Positions 51,014 to 61,972 are shown, counted from the first letter of the stretch. The stretch: 64,000 nt of DNA from an uncultured Rivularia sp. (GCA_963665115.1 OY762007.1:1056001-1120000); one strand, 5' to 3'. The notes: generated by a model from the letters alone, not told the origin. Translations and numbers: made by a program.

Positions 51014-51106
51014 GGGGCTAAGCCTTGATTAACGTTAACTCGAATTAAAACTATAAAATACCAAAAAAATCATGTATAGGGAGTGGGAATTGGAGAGGGG
51101 GGAGAG

Positions 51107-51151
51107 AAGCCACTTGCGTGCGGAGGTTCCCTCCGTTGAGCAAAGTGGCGT
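51107..51151. repeat. Small dispersed palindromic repeat
   Basis: GCCACTT-GCGTGCGGAGGTTCCCTCCGTTGAGC-AAAGTGGC nested hairpin. Confidence 0.6.
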
Positions 51152-51184
51152 GGGGTAGATGGGGAGGCAAGGGGACAAGGGGAC

Positions 51185-51337
51185 ATTATTAAAGTAGTGA
51201 GTAGTGAGTAGTGAGTAATAAGTGGCGAGTAAAAATAGATGTAGTTAGCAGCGGCATTTATCCGAATAATAGTAAAAAGCGATCTACTTGCTACTCTCTA
51301 CTCTCTACTTGCTACTCACTACTCCTAACTCCTAACT
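51185..51337. repeat. Composite STRR-flanked element, copy 1
   Basis: (AGTAGTG)n + ~65-nt unique core + (CTACTCT/CTCCTAA)n; inverted copy at 56303-56488. Confidence 0.85.
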
Positions 51338-51470
51338 ATTTCCAATGCCCAATCCCCCATCCCCAATTACCAATTACCAATCTTATTTCTTTAGGATATG
51401 CTTTTTTTCTTTAAGAATAGGTAAAATTCAAGGAGAACAATCAAGTGAAATCTAGAGAGTGAGATAGTTT

Positions 51471-51674
51471 ATGGCGCTCAAATTAAAAGTTAGTAATATG
51501 AAGTGCGACGATTGCGCTGGCAAGATTAGCGAAGCGATTAAGGTTATGGAGCCTAATGCCAAAGTTGAAGCGGATGTGGATTCCAAAACCGTTACCGTTG
51601 ACTCCGGCGCTTCTGACGAAACGATTAAGCAGGCGATCGTTGCTGCTGGCTATCACGTTGAAGGTTATCAGTAA
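51471..51674 (+). CDS. HMA-domain metal chaperone (CopZ/Atx1-like)
   Basis: MKCDDC motif, IVAAGY. Confidence 0.9.
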   Translation: MALKLKVSNMKCDDCAGKISEAIKVMEPNAKVEADVDSKTVTVDSGASDETIKQAIVAAGYHVEGYQ

Positions 51675-52698
51675 ACCCGTCAGCCTTTCTTGTGAGTTGA
51701 GTGTTGCACGACAAGTAAATTTTGGTTTTTAAACTCCCCCTATGGATAGGGCATTAAAGTCAAGTTTTATTTATACAACTTACGCCACAAGATATTAGGA
51801 GTCCGGTTTCTATATAGGTCGCTAATCCTAAAAATGCGATTCTTAAAGAAACCGGGCTTCTTTGTATTAAGAATTAAATCGAGTTCTATCTGCTTATAAC
51901 GTATATTTGCTTAAGTAAATTCCGCATCCTCTAAGCATTACTTAAGTAAATATACGCGCGAAAAAAACAATTTATCTGAGATTAATTTAAATTTTTGATT
52001 CACTTAAAAAAAATACAATATTCTCAAGCCATTTTTTTTATCCTTAAAGCCAAACTTTAGAAAAATCTTAAAACTTCCCCCTTCCGGTGGACTCATAGGT
52101 TATCAATTGATATCGAAAAATATCAAAATGTCTTCAATAATAGTCGTTAGTAACCAGAAATAATACTGAGAAAACATTTATTGCCGGTACTTTTATGGCT
52201 ACTACGCTATCTATATATTTGGATAAGTATTCAAAACGACTTACTTGGTGGAAATCACTGCTATATTTAAAGACTCCTTTATATGATTCCGTATTTACAC
52301 TGTTTGAAATATATGCTTTTAAGCAGAAATTAGGTATCAGGAATATTAGTTTTAGAAATTGTAGTTAAAGATGCAGATGCAATAAAAAAAAGGAGATTAC
52401 TTTGAGTTTGTTCGCTAAGTTAACAGGATGGAAGCAAGGTGTGGGGTCTCACCCCCTTGGCACGAATACATATATAACGAGTAAAAATTAGAAGCTTCAG
52501 TATATTTCATTGAAGTTTTACCCTATCTTCTTTTGTATCACTTTTGGAAAACACAAGCCTGCGGAAATACAGTAAATTTAATTGACTTAAAATTTAAAAT
52601 TTTATTTATTAAAGGAAAGTATTGTTTGTACCGTTGAACTTTTCCAGGCTGATAGAAGAAGATAACTAAGTTAAAAAAAATAAGCGAAGAAAAAAACC

Positions 52699-53856
52699 AT
52701 GAACATTTCCATTTTGGTTTTTGGAAATGACGAATTCCTAGCCACACTACCATCTCAAATAATCGACGCAGATGATTTTAGCATCGAAGCAATAGCTAAC
52801 TTGCAAATGGCAATATCGCGCATTCAACTTGACTCGCCGGATGTGATTCTTGTGCAGTCGAGCCAGAATGATAGTATGCAACTGTGCAGTTGGTTAAAAG
52901 AACAAACGAAACTTTCTTGGATTTATTGCATTCTTTTAGAAGATAGTCCCGAGCTAATTGCCGATAGAAAAAATCAACCCTGGGAATGGGAGCTAGAGAT
53001 GACTTCTAGAGCCTTGAGACTTGGGGCTGATGCCTATATTTGGTATGGAGATACTCAATTGGAGGGATCTATTCGACAAAGAAAAACAGATTCTGTTCCA
53101 AAGCAGTTAAGTGCTAGCCATCGTTTGCTGCTGTCGCAATTAACTGTAGCTTTGCGTAAAGCCCAGAAATATCAGGATTTAATCAAAACTAATGATTTGT
53201 TATCGACAATAGCTTTGGCTGATTCGTTAACAGAACTAAATAATCGTCGTGCTTTGGAATGGGATTTACCCAGACAAGTAGAAAAAGCTCGCAATGAAAA
53301 TTCTCCCCTAAGCTTGATTATTTTAGATGTAGACTATTTCAAAAAAGTTAACGATAACTACGGACATTTAGTCGGCGATAGACTATTAAAATTATTATCG
53401 AGTCGCATACGTAACAATTTGCGGGTTCAGGATACAGCTTTCCGTTACGGCGGAGAGGAATTTGTGATTATTTTGGGTGACACTACTTCCCAAGAAGCCG
53501 ATGCGGTAGCCCATCGTCTCAAAAATCTAGTCGAAGAAAATCCCTTCGCAATTGACAGTACTTTAAATATAAATGTCACTATCAGTTTAGGAACCGCTTG
53601 TTTGCTTCCAAGTGATGATGGGCATGGTTTAAACTTGCTTAATCGCGCTGATACTTTCTTATTACAAGCCAAATCTAAAGGTAGGAACCGCGTAGTTAGC
53701 TGTTGCAATACTATGCAAGGCAATACCTACGTTTCAAATTCTACGAATAATTGTTTACGAAACGAAGTTAATTGCAACAGTCAAAATCAAAGCGGTAGCT
53801 ATATTAGTCATAACCGTATATCACAACTATCTCATTTAAAAATTGCGACTGGATAA
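52699..53856 (+). CDS. Diguanylate cyclase with degenerate receiver-like N-terminus
   Basis: DSLTELNNRR, LDVDYFKKVNDNYGHLVGD, RVQD I-site, RYGGEEF. Confidence 0.93.
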   Translation: MNISILVFGNDEFLATLPSQIIDADDFSIEAIANLQMAISRIQLDSPDVILVQSSQNDSMQLCSWLKEQTKLSWIYCILLEDSPELIADRKNQPWEWELEMTSRALRLGADAYIWYGDTQLEGSIRQRKTDSVPKQLSASHRLLLSQLTVALRKAQKYQDLIKTNDLLSTIALADSLTELNNRRALEWDLPRQVEKARNENSPLSLIILDVDYFKKVNDNYGHLVGDRLLKLLSSRIRNNLRVQDTAFRYGGEEFVIILGDTTSQEADAVAHRLKNLVEENPFAIDSTLNINVTISLGTACLLPSDDGHGLNLLNRADTFLLQAKSKGRNRVVSCCNTMQGNTYVSNSTNNCLRNEVNCNSQNQSGSYISHNRISQLSHLKIATG

Positions 53857-54023
53857 TATAAATTTGCGCTTGAGTAAAAATTTAAATAGTTTAGAATTAT
53901 AAATTTTTATAGTTCTCCTGTTACTTCTATGCTGATTTTTTTGTAAGCAACGATTATTGCTAACGAAACTATACTAAGATACTTTGTTATTACTTCCCCA
54001 TTCCCCATTCCCTATTCCCTCAG

Positions 54024-54716
54024 TTAACTTTTTACTAACACTCCTTCTTCGATCAAAATTTCCTGACATTGTTTCACCGTCGCACGTTCTCGCATGGTAT
54101 CAACTAAAACTTGATATGCAGACCAATTATTTTCTAAAAGCGTTTTCGCTTGGAGAATGCTAAAACGTTTTTTTTGATTGCAAACAGATTCACTACAGCC
54201 TAAAGACTTTAAAACTTCCATAAGTTTGTTTTTATCATCTGCTCCACCAGAAGCATTTTCATAAACAAGTGTTTCCGCTGCAATACCAGCCATCCAAATC
54301 GTATAGTAGCGCTCTAAAATTCGAGCAGTAATTGCACCCTTTTCAATTTGAGATAACAACTCAACATCATCAAAAGTCACACCTGCAAATCCCTTTTGTT
54401 TTTGCTTGAATGCTTCCCAAGCGCTCAAAGTGTACCCCGTCACCGGAACTCCTAAAACATGAGCCACAAGGAAATGTCCTGCTTCATGATGAAGAATCCG
54501 TTCCCTATATTCCTTAGAAAATCTTCCAACTAAATCTAAAAATAAAGTTCCTCCCCTACCTTCCAAACTCCAAGAATCAAAAGTTGCTATTCCCAAAATT
54601 GCAAAAGTAGCCACAGCAGGAACCGCAGGGGATAAATCAATTAAAGGCCCCAACAGCGTTGAAACAGTTATCAAAAATATTGATATTGCAACCAAATTTA
54701 AAGTTGTTTTATTCAT
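54024..54716 (-). CDS. Membrane Zn protease, peptidase M41-like without AAA domain
   Basis: Two N-terminal TMs, HHEAGHFLVA, MAGIAAE, GGADD. Confidence 0.85.
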   Translation of the reverse strand: MNKTTLNLVAISIFLITVSTLLGPLIDLSPAVPAVATFAILGIATFDSWSLEGRGGTLFLDLVGRFSKEYRERILHHEAGHFLVAHVLGVPVTGYTLSAWEAFKQKQKGFAGVTFDDVELLSQIEKGAITARILERYYTIWMAGIAAETLVYENASGGADDKNKLMEVLKSLGCSESVCNQKKRFSILQAKTLLENNWSAYQVLVDTMRERATVKQCQEILIEEGVLVKS

Positions 54717-54755
54717 TTTATTTTTTGAACAATGCTTAATCCTTTTTAATGTAGC

Positions 54756-54969
54756 AGTAGGGGGTAGGGAGTAGGGGGTAGGGAGTAGGGAGTAGGGAGT
54801 AGGGAGTAGGGAGTAGAAAGTAGGGAGTAGGGAGTAGGGAGTAGGGAGTAGGGAGTAGGGAGTAGGGAGTAGGGAGTAGGGAGTAGAGAGTAGGGAGTAG
54901 GGAGTAGGGAGTAGGGAGTAGGGAGTAGGGAGTAGGGAGTAGGGAGTAGGGGGTAGGGAGTAGGGGGTA
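54756..54969. repeat. STRR heptamer array (AGTAGGG, about 30 units)
   Basis: Direct tandem repeats. Confidence 0.97.
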
Positions 54970-55216
54970 AAGAGTAATGAGTAGTGAGTTAATCCCCTTG
55001 TCCCCTTGTCTCCCCATCCCTTGTATCAAAAAATCGGGCAATAATGTGATTTAACATACATAATAGATATTTGTACCAGTAAACTTACTTGATAAATATA
55101 GGAAAACTATTTGAATGCAGGAAAACTACTCAGTGCATCTGTCCTCTGTTCCCCGTTCCCCATTCCCTATTCCCTCTCTGAACGAATTTTTACTAAATCT
55201 TTGTGGAGAGCTATAA

Positions 55217-56320
55217 ATGAAAACTAATGTACCATGTCATATTCTTGCTCTTGATGGTGGTGGAGTTCGTGGGTTGGTAACGGCGATAATTTTGGAAAGC
55301 TTGGAAAAAAAGCTGCAAAAATACAACCCGCATAAACTACTTACCGATTATTTCGATGTTATCGCTGGTACTTCTACAGGTAGCCTTATTGCTTGCGCTT
55401 TATCTAAAGGTTTGAGTGCTAGCGAAGTCAAAGATTTTTATATTCATAATTCTCAGATCATCTTTCCCCCAAGTAAAATACTTGTTCACAGCATTTTAAA
55501 CTGGATTCGCTTGGGTTCATCTCACCCGATTTATAATGATGAAGGTTTAAAGATGGTACTTAAATATATTTTTGGAAATTTTAAGTTCGGGGAATTAAAA
55601 AAACCCACCATAGTAACCAGTTACGATACTTATAATCGTCAGGCAGTCGTATTTAAAAATACCAAAATAGCTCATCAAGATATCCCGATATGGGAAATTT
55701 GTCGTGCTTCTTCAGCTGCACCAATCGGCTTTCCCGGTTACGAAATGAAACACCAAGCTTTTTTAGAAGATTTGCGTTCAAAGGGTTATGCAATACCGAA
55801 AAACAGTGGTATTCCCTTAATAGATGGTGGCGTATTTGCGAACAACCCAGCATTGTGCGCGATCGCAGAACGTTTGCGATGGAACGATCGGTTGCCAGAT
55901 AACCCTAAATGGAATCCTTCGATACCAGAAAGCGTCGAACAAAAGAACATTATAGTTGCCTCTTTCGGTACTGGACAACAAGTCAAAAAAATTGGTGCAA
56001 AGCAGGTGAAACACTGGGGAGCAATAGAATGGTTAAGTCCCCGCAATGACTTACCTCTTTTAGACGTACTCTTCGATGGTGCTGGTGATGCAGTATGTTA
56101 TATCGCCGAGCAAATTTTTGGGAATTATTATTTTCGCTTCCAACCGCATTTCAAAAAAAACATCCCTACCTTCAGCGCAAAACAAGAAAATCTTGATGCA
56201 ATGATCGAGTGTACCGAAGAATATTTAACACAGCCCGAAGTCGATATTAAGCTGAATAAATTGGTAGAAATGCTTAATCCTCTATCAGTCAACAGTTACC
56301 AATTAGGAGTTAGGAGTTAG
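55217..56320 (+). CDS. Patatin-like phospholipase
   Basis: DGGGVRG, GTSTG, ASSAAP, DGGVFANNP. Confidence 0.93.
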   Translation: MKTNVPCHILALDGGGVRGLVTAIILESLEKKLQKYNPHKLLTDYFDVIAGTSTGSLIACALSKGLSASEVKDFYIHNSQIIFPPSKILVHSILNWIRLGSSHPIYNDEGLKMVLKYIFGNFKFGELKKPTIVTSYDTYNRQAVVFKNTKIAHQDIPIWEICRASSAAPIGFPGYEMKHQAFLEDLRSKGYAIPKNSGIPLIDGGVFANNPALCAIAERLRWNDRLPDNPKWNPSIPESVEQKNIIVASFGTGQQVKKIGAKQVKHWGAIEWLSPRNDLPLLDVLFDGAGDAVCYIAEQIFGNYYFRFQPHFKKNIPTFSAKQENLDAMIECTEEYLTQPEVDIKLNKLVEMLNPLSVNSYQLGVRS

Positions 56321-56488
56321 GAGTAGTGAGTAGAGAGTAGAGAGTAGAGAGTAGCAAGTAGAGAGTAGAGAGTAGCAAGTAGATCGCTTTCTACTATTAT
56401 TGGGATAAATGCCGGTGCTAATTACGTCTATTCTTACTCGCCACTTATTACTCACTACTCACTACTCACTACTCACTACTTTAATAAT
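56303..56488. repeat. Composite STRR-flanked element, copy 2 (inverted)
   Basis: Reverse complement aligns with 51185-51337 with a few substitutions and extra heptamers. Confidence 0.85.
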
Positions 56489-56619
56489 ATCCCCCTCTCT
56501 CCCCCTCTCCCCTCTGCTGGTTTCGGAAATTACAGCAGAAATGTTCGCTTATGTCTGAATAAAAAATCCGTTTCCTGTAACGTCGTAGGCAAAACCAAAT
56601 ATCATAAATAGATAGAAAT

Positions 56620-57151
56620 ATGAAAATTTGGGCTACTACACTTTTTTTAGCTTTTTTTGGATTCATTTCCCCAGTGAAAGCAACTGAAGTCGTTATTGCT
56701 TACGAAGGTTCCAACGCTGCTATAAAATCAAAGGCGATAATATCAGACAAACCAATTATTGTTAAAAAAGCTGAGTTTGGAGTATTAAGAACGGAAAAAA
56801 ACGGTAAAGCTACATTTATTCCAACTACGAAAGTACCTTACGAAGAGGGAAAAGTATACGGATGGCGCATCGAACTTCAAGGATACGAAGGTAAACTAAC
56901 ATGGCAGGAAGTATTAACTTTACCAAAACCCCCTTTAACTTGGGGAACAGATAATGGAGAACATTTTTTTCTATCTCCTGATGGTACCAAATCAGTTATC
57001 AAACGTACCGCTTTAATCAAAAAAGGTGTCGTTAATAATTTTTGGACTGTTTCTTCAGGGGACCCCCGCTGGGCTTCATGTAATGGAAGTTTACGCAGGT
57101 AAACGTCGGATTGCAACTTTTAAGTTTGAGGTTGTTCGACCTTCTATTTAG
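56620..57151 (+). CDS. Secreted hypothetical protein; frameshift at C5 run 57063-57067
   Basis: Signal peptide; removing one C gives SSGDPAGLHVMEVYAGKRRIATFKFEVVRPSI* (176 aa). Confidence 0.7.
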
Positions 57152-57203
57152 GAAAGTTACCACCCTGAAATTTATATCATGGATTAGTGACATTATTGAA
57201 CTA

Positions 57204-57240
57204 AAGCCCTCTCAATCTACAGTAATTAGAGGGTTTTTTA
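57204..57240 (+). terminator. Intrinsic terminator
   Basis: AGCCCTCT...AGAGGGTTTTTTT. Confidence 0.65.
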
Positions 57241-57511
57241 CTGCGATAAAATTAAAATATATTCAATAAATCGATTGATCCTCATGTATGTAGACTTTAT
57301 TTGCAAAATATTTGAGTCAAGTAGAAATAATATATAATCTTGGTAAAAATATAATCTATTCTAAAATAAGTATGAAAAGTAAATAACGATTGTTACTGTT
57401 TTCTTAATTCGCTACTTGAAGTAATATTATAAGCATCTTGGTACAATCGCGTTTGTATTAAGTAGACATCTTTCGCTTCTTTCATACAGGGTTGAGAATG
57501 GTTAAAATGCT

Positions 57512-57660
57512 TTAAGGTACTTCCAAAAAATAATTTATCTTAAATAATTGTAGTGCGTTAGTGCAGCGTGTCCGTAAGGACAAGCATCTTGCTTGCTATA
57601 TCTTAAGAGAGAAAGATGCTCGCATTAAAATTGGATATTTTTTAATTTGGAAGTCCCTAA
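57512..57660. mobile_element. MITE-like element with nested REP-like insert
   Basis: Ends AGGTACTTCCAAA / TTTGGAAGTCCCT; inner GTAGTGCGTTAG..GCGTGTC..GACAAGC shared with 48233. Confidence 0.65.
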
Positions 57661-58074
57661 TGTCACTTTAACTACTACCTTTCGCAAAGTTAAATAATTC
57701 TTACTTACTTACCCTTTAAAGGGGAAAATGAAAGTGAGATTGCGGAAGCTAACGCATATAAGTGTACTACCTTCTCAAATGTCCCGAGCGGTATTATCAC
57801 ATAAAATAGATCGGCTATACTTTATGCTCTTGCAGCTAAAAAGGAAATTAGCTGTGTAGCATCATAAATTGAAGTTTGTAATAATTTGTATAAAATATAG
57901 ATAAAAGTATATTTAGCAAAATAAAAATAGTTTGTATGTTATTCAATTCTGTCATCAGAAATAAATAAGCATAGTGCTTCTTACAAGTATCTGTAAAACT
58001 ATACTTGTTGAAGGAGCTAAGCTTTATGATTTGTGTCGTTGATAATTTACTAAGAGGTATAACAAGTCAGAACC

Positions 58075-58347
58075 ATGATCGAAGCAGTTCTAACTAATTT
58101 GGTAATTGTATTTTATTTAACAATGGCTTGTTGTTTCTTTATGCAGTGGTTGGGTTTTTTTATAGCAGATAAAGAAATGAACTCAGCGCAGCGCTATTTT
58201 TCTATACTAATTTTAATTACAGGAACTATTTTATGGCCTGTAGTTGTGCCTTTAGCTTATTTGGAGTTATTGAAGTTTCACAAGAAGCATAAGCAAGTAA
58301 TTGATTTACTTATAAGTTTGTCCGATCCAAAACTATGCGATGAATAA
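58075..58347 (+). CDS. Small two-TM hypothetical protein
   Basis: AAGAGG RBS, two hydrophobic helices, LWPVVVPLAYLELL. Confidence 0.75.
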   Translation: MIEAVLTNLVIVFYLTMACCFFMQWLGFFIADKEMNSAQRYFSILILITGTILWPVVVPLAYLELLKFHKKHKQVIDLLISLSDPKLCDE

Positions 58348-58432
58348 TACATTTTTGTTTAAATTTTAATTAAGATATTATTTATTTATTTTTACAGGTA
58401 GGGAGTAGGTAGTAGGGAGTAGAAGAATATTA

Positions 58433-59275
58433 CTAATCTTTTGTTGGGGCTGAGGGTGGGTTTAGAGTTGGTGTTGGTGTTGGGGTGGAATTATTTGGTG
58501 TTGGTGTAGAGGTTGGCGTTGGAGTTGGTTTTGGGGCTGGGGTGGAATTATTTGGAAGAGTTTTTGGTGTTGGGGCTGGGGTGGAATTATTCGGAATAGT
58601 TTGTAGATTTGGATTAATTGGAATCGGATTGATGGTTGGAATGGCTGGGGTAGTTCCGGTAGTTGGAATAGTAGGAGTTACAGTGGGGTTTGGAGTGGTG
58701 GTTATTTGATTATTTTCTACAGCTTTCCATTCCGAGAGCGAGCGGTTAATTGCATCTTTAAATTTTTGAGATACTAAAACAACTTCAACATTTCCATCTG
58801 GTTTGGTCGTAAATTGATTTTGAGCGTAAAGAAAACGGTTATCAAAACTTTGTTTACCTAAAACCAATTTCGATTGTTTTTGATTATTTAAGGTGATATC
58901 AATCGTAGCTTGGGGTTGTTTCAAACCGAACTCTGTAAGTTGAGATGGTGTTGCTGATAAAGTGCGTTCGCTCTTTTCTGTTTCCAGCAAATTTAATAAA
59001 TAAGCTACCGTACCATCATTAGCAGGTACGGTATCGGGAGATTTCATCAGCCATTTAGTTTTATCCGGTTTTGGAGAACGTTCTAAAGCGATCGTTTCCG
59101 ACGGAGTAGTTATTTTCAAGCTTTTGACATCTTCTTCTTTAAAAGAGAAAAGTTGCTGCTGTTTTTTCTTCACTGCCTCTTGTTGAGTTTTCAACTGAAA
59201 CTCGTAGAAATAAACAAAACCACCCAACAAGATTGCTATCAGCACTAAACCCAAAGTTGTTCGCTGTAATTTCAT
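58433..59275 (-). CDS. DUF4340 family protein with Pro/Thr-rich tail
   Basis: N-terminal TM, EFGLKQP, position in the Gld-like operon. Confidence 0.82.
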   Translation of the reverse strand: MKLQRTTLGLVLIAILLGGFVYFYEFQLKTQQEAVKKKQQQLFSFKEEDVKSLKITTPSETIALERSPKPDKTKWLMKSPDTVPANDGTVAYLLNLLETEKSERTLSATPSQLTEFGLKQPQATIDITLNNQKQSKLVLGKQSFDNRFLYAQNQFTTKPDGNVEVVLVSQKFKDAINRSLSEWKAVENNQITTTPNPTVTPTIPTTGTTPAIPTINPIPINPNLQTIPNNSTPAPTPKTLPNNSTPAPKPTPTPTSTPTPNNSTPTPTPTLNPPSAPTKD

Positions 59276-59283
59276 AAAATAAA

Positions 59284-59353
59284 TTATCAATTATCAATTA
59301 TCAATTATCAATTATCAATTATCAATTATCAATTATCAATTATCAGTTATCAA
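59284..59353. repeat. STRR heptamer array (TTATCAA, about 10 units)
   Basis: Direct tandem repeats. Confidence 0.95.
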
Positions 59354-59381
59354 TTACCCTTCATTGTTCATTGATAATTGT

Positions 59382-61013
59382 TTACCGTCTTTGGAACCAA
59401 AGAACTGCTGCTGCTGCAAAAGCAAGTATGGGTAAAACGAATACAGAAGATAATGCGACAAGATTTGCTTGTGCTTGGGAAAGGTTGAGACGACGATTTT
59501 TGGCTTGTTTTGGACGAATTGAAAGAGGTTGCGAATCTTGTTTGCTCAACCAGGTAATTGAGTTGAGAAATACGTCTCCATTTAATTGCTGACTAAATAA
59601 GCCGTCTGTAATAAAGTCTGAATCTCCGAATACTACCATTCTTGATTCGGTGGGTTTGTTGTTTTGTGAAGTTGTAGGTGTAGGGGAAGGAGTCGAGGAG
59701 GGGGGAGAGGGGGGAGAGGGGGTGGGAGTTGGAGTGGGGGAAGGTGTTGGGGTTGGGGTTGGTGTTGGTGTTGGTGTTGGTTGTGCTGTGATTTTTCTTG
59801 TTAAAGCAACACCCAAAGTGAGAGGTCCTGGGATATCTTCGTTTTCGTTGTATGCCAATTCTTCACTTTCCCAGTCGCTTTCACCCCAACTTGCGGGTAA
59901 TGGTTGAGTTCGTAATAAAGGTGTACTTTCAATACCATTAACGGTAATTGTTTCAACAGGACGCGCTAATTTATATATAGATATACCATTTTGAAACTCT
60001 TTAGTTATGGGATGTTCCCCGTATTCCGTCACAATTGATATACCGGGTGGTTGTTGTTGAGCGCTTTCTGAAGCATTAATTACCAAACGATTATCTAAAC
60101 CGACTCCCCATTCTTGCAATAAAACATCTAATTTCGGGTCAACACCAGGGTCAACCATTACTAATAAATTACCACCACCATTGGCATAATTTTGTAAAGC
60201 TTGAATTTCACCTTCTAATAACTCCCTTTGCGGCCCTGCAAGAATCACAGCATTTGCATCATCGGGAATTTTAGCAGTTTGAGTTAAATTCAAAGGTTGG
60301 GCAATATAGTTTTGATCGGCTAAAGCTTGGACAGCTTGAGAAATATTACCTTCTCCCCTTTCTAATTGACGTTCGCCGTGACCTTGGAGAAAATAAATTT
60401 TAGACGTAGTGGGGTTATAAATTTGCGCCAAACGATTAGTTAATCTTGATTCAGAAAGACGTTCCCGTGTATTAACAACCTGTACTAATTGTTGATTTTT
60501 GCCAGATTCTAAATAAACTTCACCATCATCTTTGACACCAAATTTCTTTGCTAAATCGAGTCTAATGCTAGGATCTATATATTCAAACTTAAAATTATTA
60601 CTTTGTCTGGCATAATTTTGCAGTAAATCTTCATCTAAAGGATTTTTATTCGCATCAAACACAAAAACTTTCGTAGGCTGTTCTAAATTTTTTACTACTT
60701 CTCGGGATTGAGGAGCCAGAGTAAATAAATTAGTCTCAGTTAAATCGTTCCGGACATTGTAACGAGTACCTAAAAAATTAATTAGCCCCAAAATCGCCAC
60801 TACAGCCAAAGTTGCAATTATTGCATTAGTACCAACTTGAGTAGAGCGACGACTCCACCATTTAGTAGAATAGCTTTGCCATATTAACCAAATTGCAGCA
60901 ACAGCTAATCCCAAAATTATCAACACCAGCGGAATAGTTCCCCATTCCGAAACTAAACCCACCGTTAAACCCGCAGTTATTAGAAACGGTGCAAACCAAA
61001 TCAAATACTTCAT
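59382..61013 (-). CDS. GldG-like ABC auxiliary component
   Basis: DLTETNLFTL, YFLQGHGER, VILAGP, VVFGDSDF, C-terminal TM. Confidence 0.9.
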   Translation of the reverse strand: MKYLIWFAPFLITAGLTVGLVSEWGTIPLVLIILGLAVAAIWLIWQSYSTKWWSRRSTQVGTNAIIATLAVVAILGLINFLGTRYNVRNDLTETNLFTLAPQSREVVKNLEQPTKVFVFDANKNPLDEDLLQNYARQSNNFKFEYIDPSIRLDLAKKFGVKDDGEVYLESGKNQQLVQVVNTRERLSESRLTNRLAQIYNPTTSKIYFLQGHGERQLERGEGNISQAVQALADQNYIAQPLNLTQTAKIPDDANAVILAGPQRELLEGEIQALQNYANGGGNLLVMVDPGVDPKLDVLLQEWGVGLDNRLVINASESAQQQPPGISIVTEYGEHPITKEFQNGISIYKLARPVETITVNGIESTPLLRTQPLPASWGESDWESEELAYNENEDIPGPLTLGVALTRKITAQPTPTPTPTPTPTPSPTPTPTPSPPSPPSSTPSPTPTTSQNNKPTESRMVVFGDSDFITDGLFSQQLNGDVFLNSITWLSKQDSQPLSIRPKQAKNRRLNLSQAQANLVALSSVFVLPILAFAAAAVLWFQRR

Positions 61014-61159
61014 CAGTAATCAGTGAACAGTGAACAGTGAACAGTTATCAGTAGGGAGTAAAGAGTAGCGAGTAGCGAGTGAGGAGTTAATTAGTTTCCT
61101 TGTCTCCCCTTCTTCCTCCTCTCTCTAACAACTAACTACTAACAACCAACAACTAAAAA

Positions 61160-61972
61160 TTAATTCCGTTGAAAGCGAAATGCATCAATCGATTGCGCCG
61201 TAAGAAAGATACCCAAAATAATGTAGCTGAAAAATAAGATCAAACTACTAGTGTCAAATATTCCTTGTATCATGTTGTTGTAATGTTTTAACAAGGATAA
61301 ATGAGCTAAAGTTTCTCCAATGGGGCCGCCGATTACTTTGGCTACTAAATCTATAAATAACAACATTAAAATTACTGCAAAAGTTAGTACGGCAGATAAT
61401 ATTGTGCTGTTAGTTAAAGATGAAATAAACATTCCCAAGGATAAAATTGATCCTGCTAGCAAGATTAATCCCAGATGACCTAGTAAGGGAATTGTGACGA
61501 CGGCTGCTGGTTCTGATGCGCTCAAAACTACCGCTTCTAATACCATCAATGGTAAAATTAATGTTATAAAAAACGTTAATACTCCTAATAATTTTCCTAC
61601 GGCTACAGCCCAGTTAGTAATAGGAGATGTGGCCAATAGTTCCAAAGTTCCCCGCTTGCGTTCTTCTGCATAAAGCCCCATAGAAAGAATGGGCAAGATG
61701 AATAATAAAAGCCATCCCATTCTGTCTAAAAATGCTTTGATAAATTCGTAGGGAACGTCAATAGGTGGTATTGCTAATCCACGTCTTTGTGCTTCTAACT
61801 CGATGTTGGCAACTGCTGCTAAAATTCCATCGGGGCCGAGCAAAATTAATACAAAAAATAATCCAGCTAAAAACCAGAATATGCCAGCAATCGCATAAGC
61901 TAATGGCGATACAAAATAAGTTTGTAATTCTCGACGATAAATGGCAATTATATTACTCAGTACTATACCCAT
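61160..61972 (-). CDS. ABC-2 permease (GldF-like)
   Basis: RRELQTYFVSPLAY, AEERKRGTLELL. Confidence 0.92.
   Translation of the reverse strand: MGIVLSNIIAIYRRELQTYFVSPLAYAIAGIFWFLAGLFFVLILLGPDGILAAVANIELEAQRRGLAIPPIDVPYEFIKAFLDRMGWLLLFILPILSMGLYAEERKRGTLELLATSPITNWAVAVGKLLGVLTFFITLILPLMVLEAVVLSASEPAAVVTIPLLGHLGLILLAGSILSLGMFISSLTNSTILSAVLTFAVILMLLFIDLVAKVIGGPIGETLAHLSLLKHYNNMIQGIFDTSSLILFFSYIILGIFLTAQSIDAFRFQRN

Noticed and set aside
51211..51414. 67-aa ORF, and similar short ORFs at 14070, 15300, 48167, 52538 and 56481
   Set aside because: Lie in repeats or AT-rich intergenic DNA with no RBS or protein-like features
54756..54969. Possible CRISPR array (also 28606-28675 and 59284-59353)
   Set aside because: Head-to-tail heptamers with no unique spacers and no cas genes
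54736..55041. ORF with LLPTPYS repeats
   Set aside because: Translation of the AGTAGGG STRR array, not a credible protein
55217..56320. Patatin as a CBASS CapV effector
   Set aside because: No CD-NTase or other CBASS gene nearby
57690..57880. Possible ncRNA or riboswitch in the long intergenic region
   Set aside because: Only one modest hairpin (CAGCTAA..TTAGCTG) and no recognisable family motif
58440..58710. Pro/Thr repeats in DUF4340 and GldG (59690-59785)
   Set aside because: Ordinary low-complexity linkers
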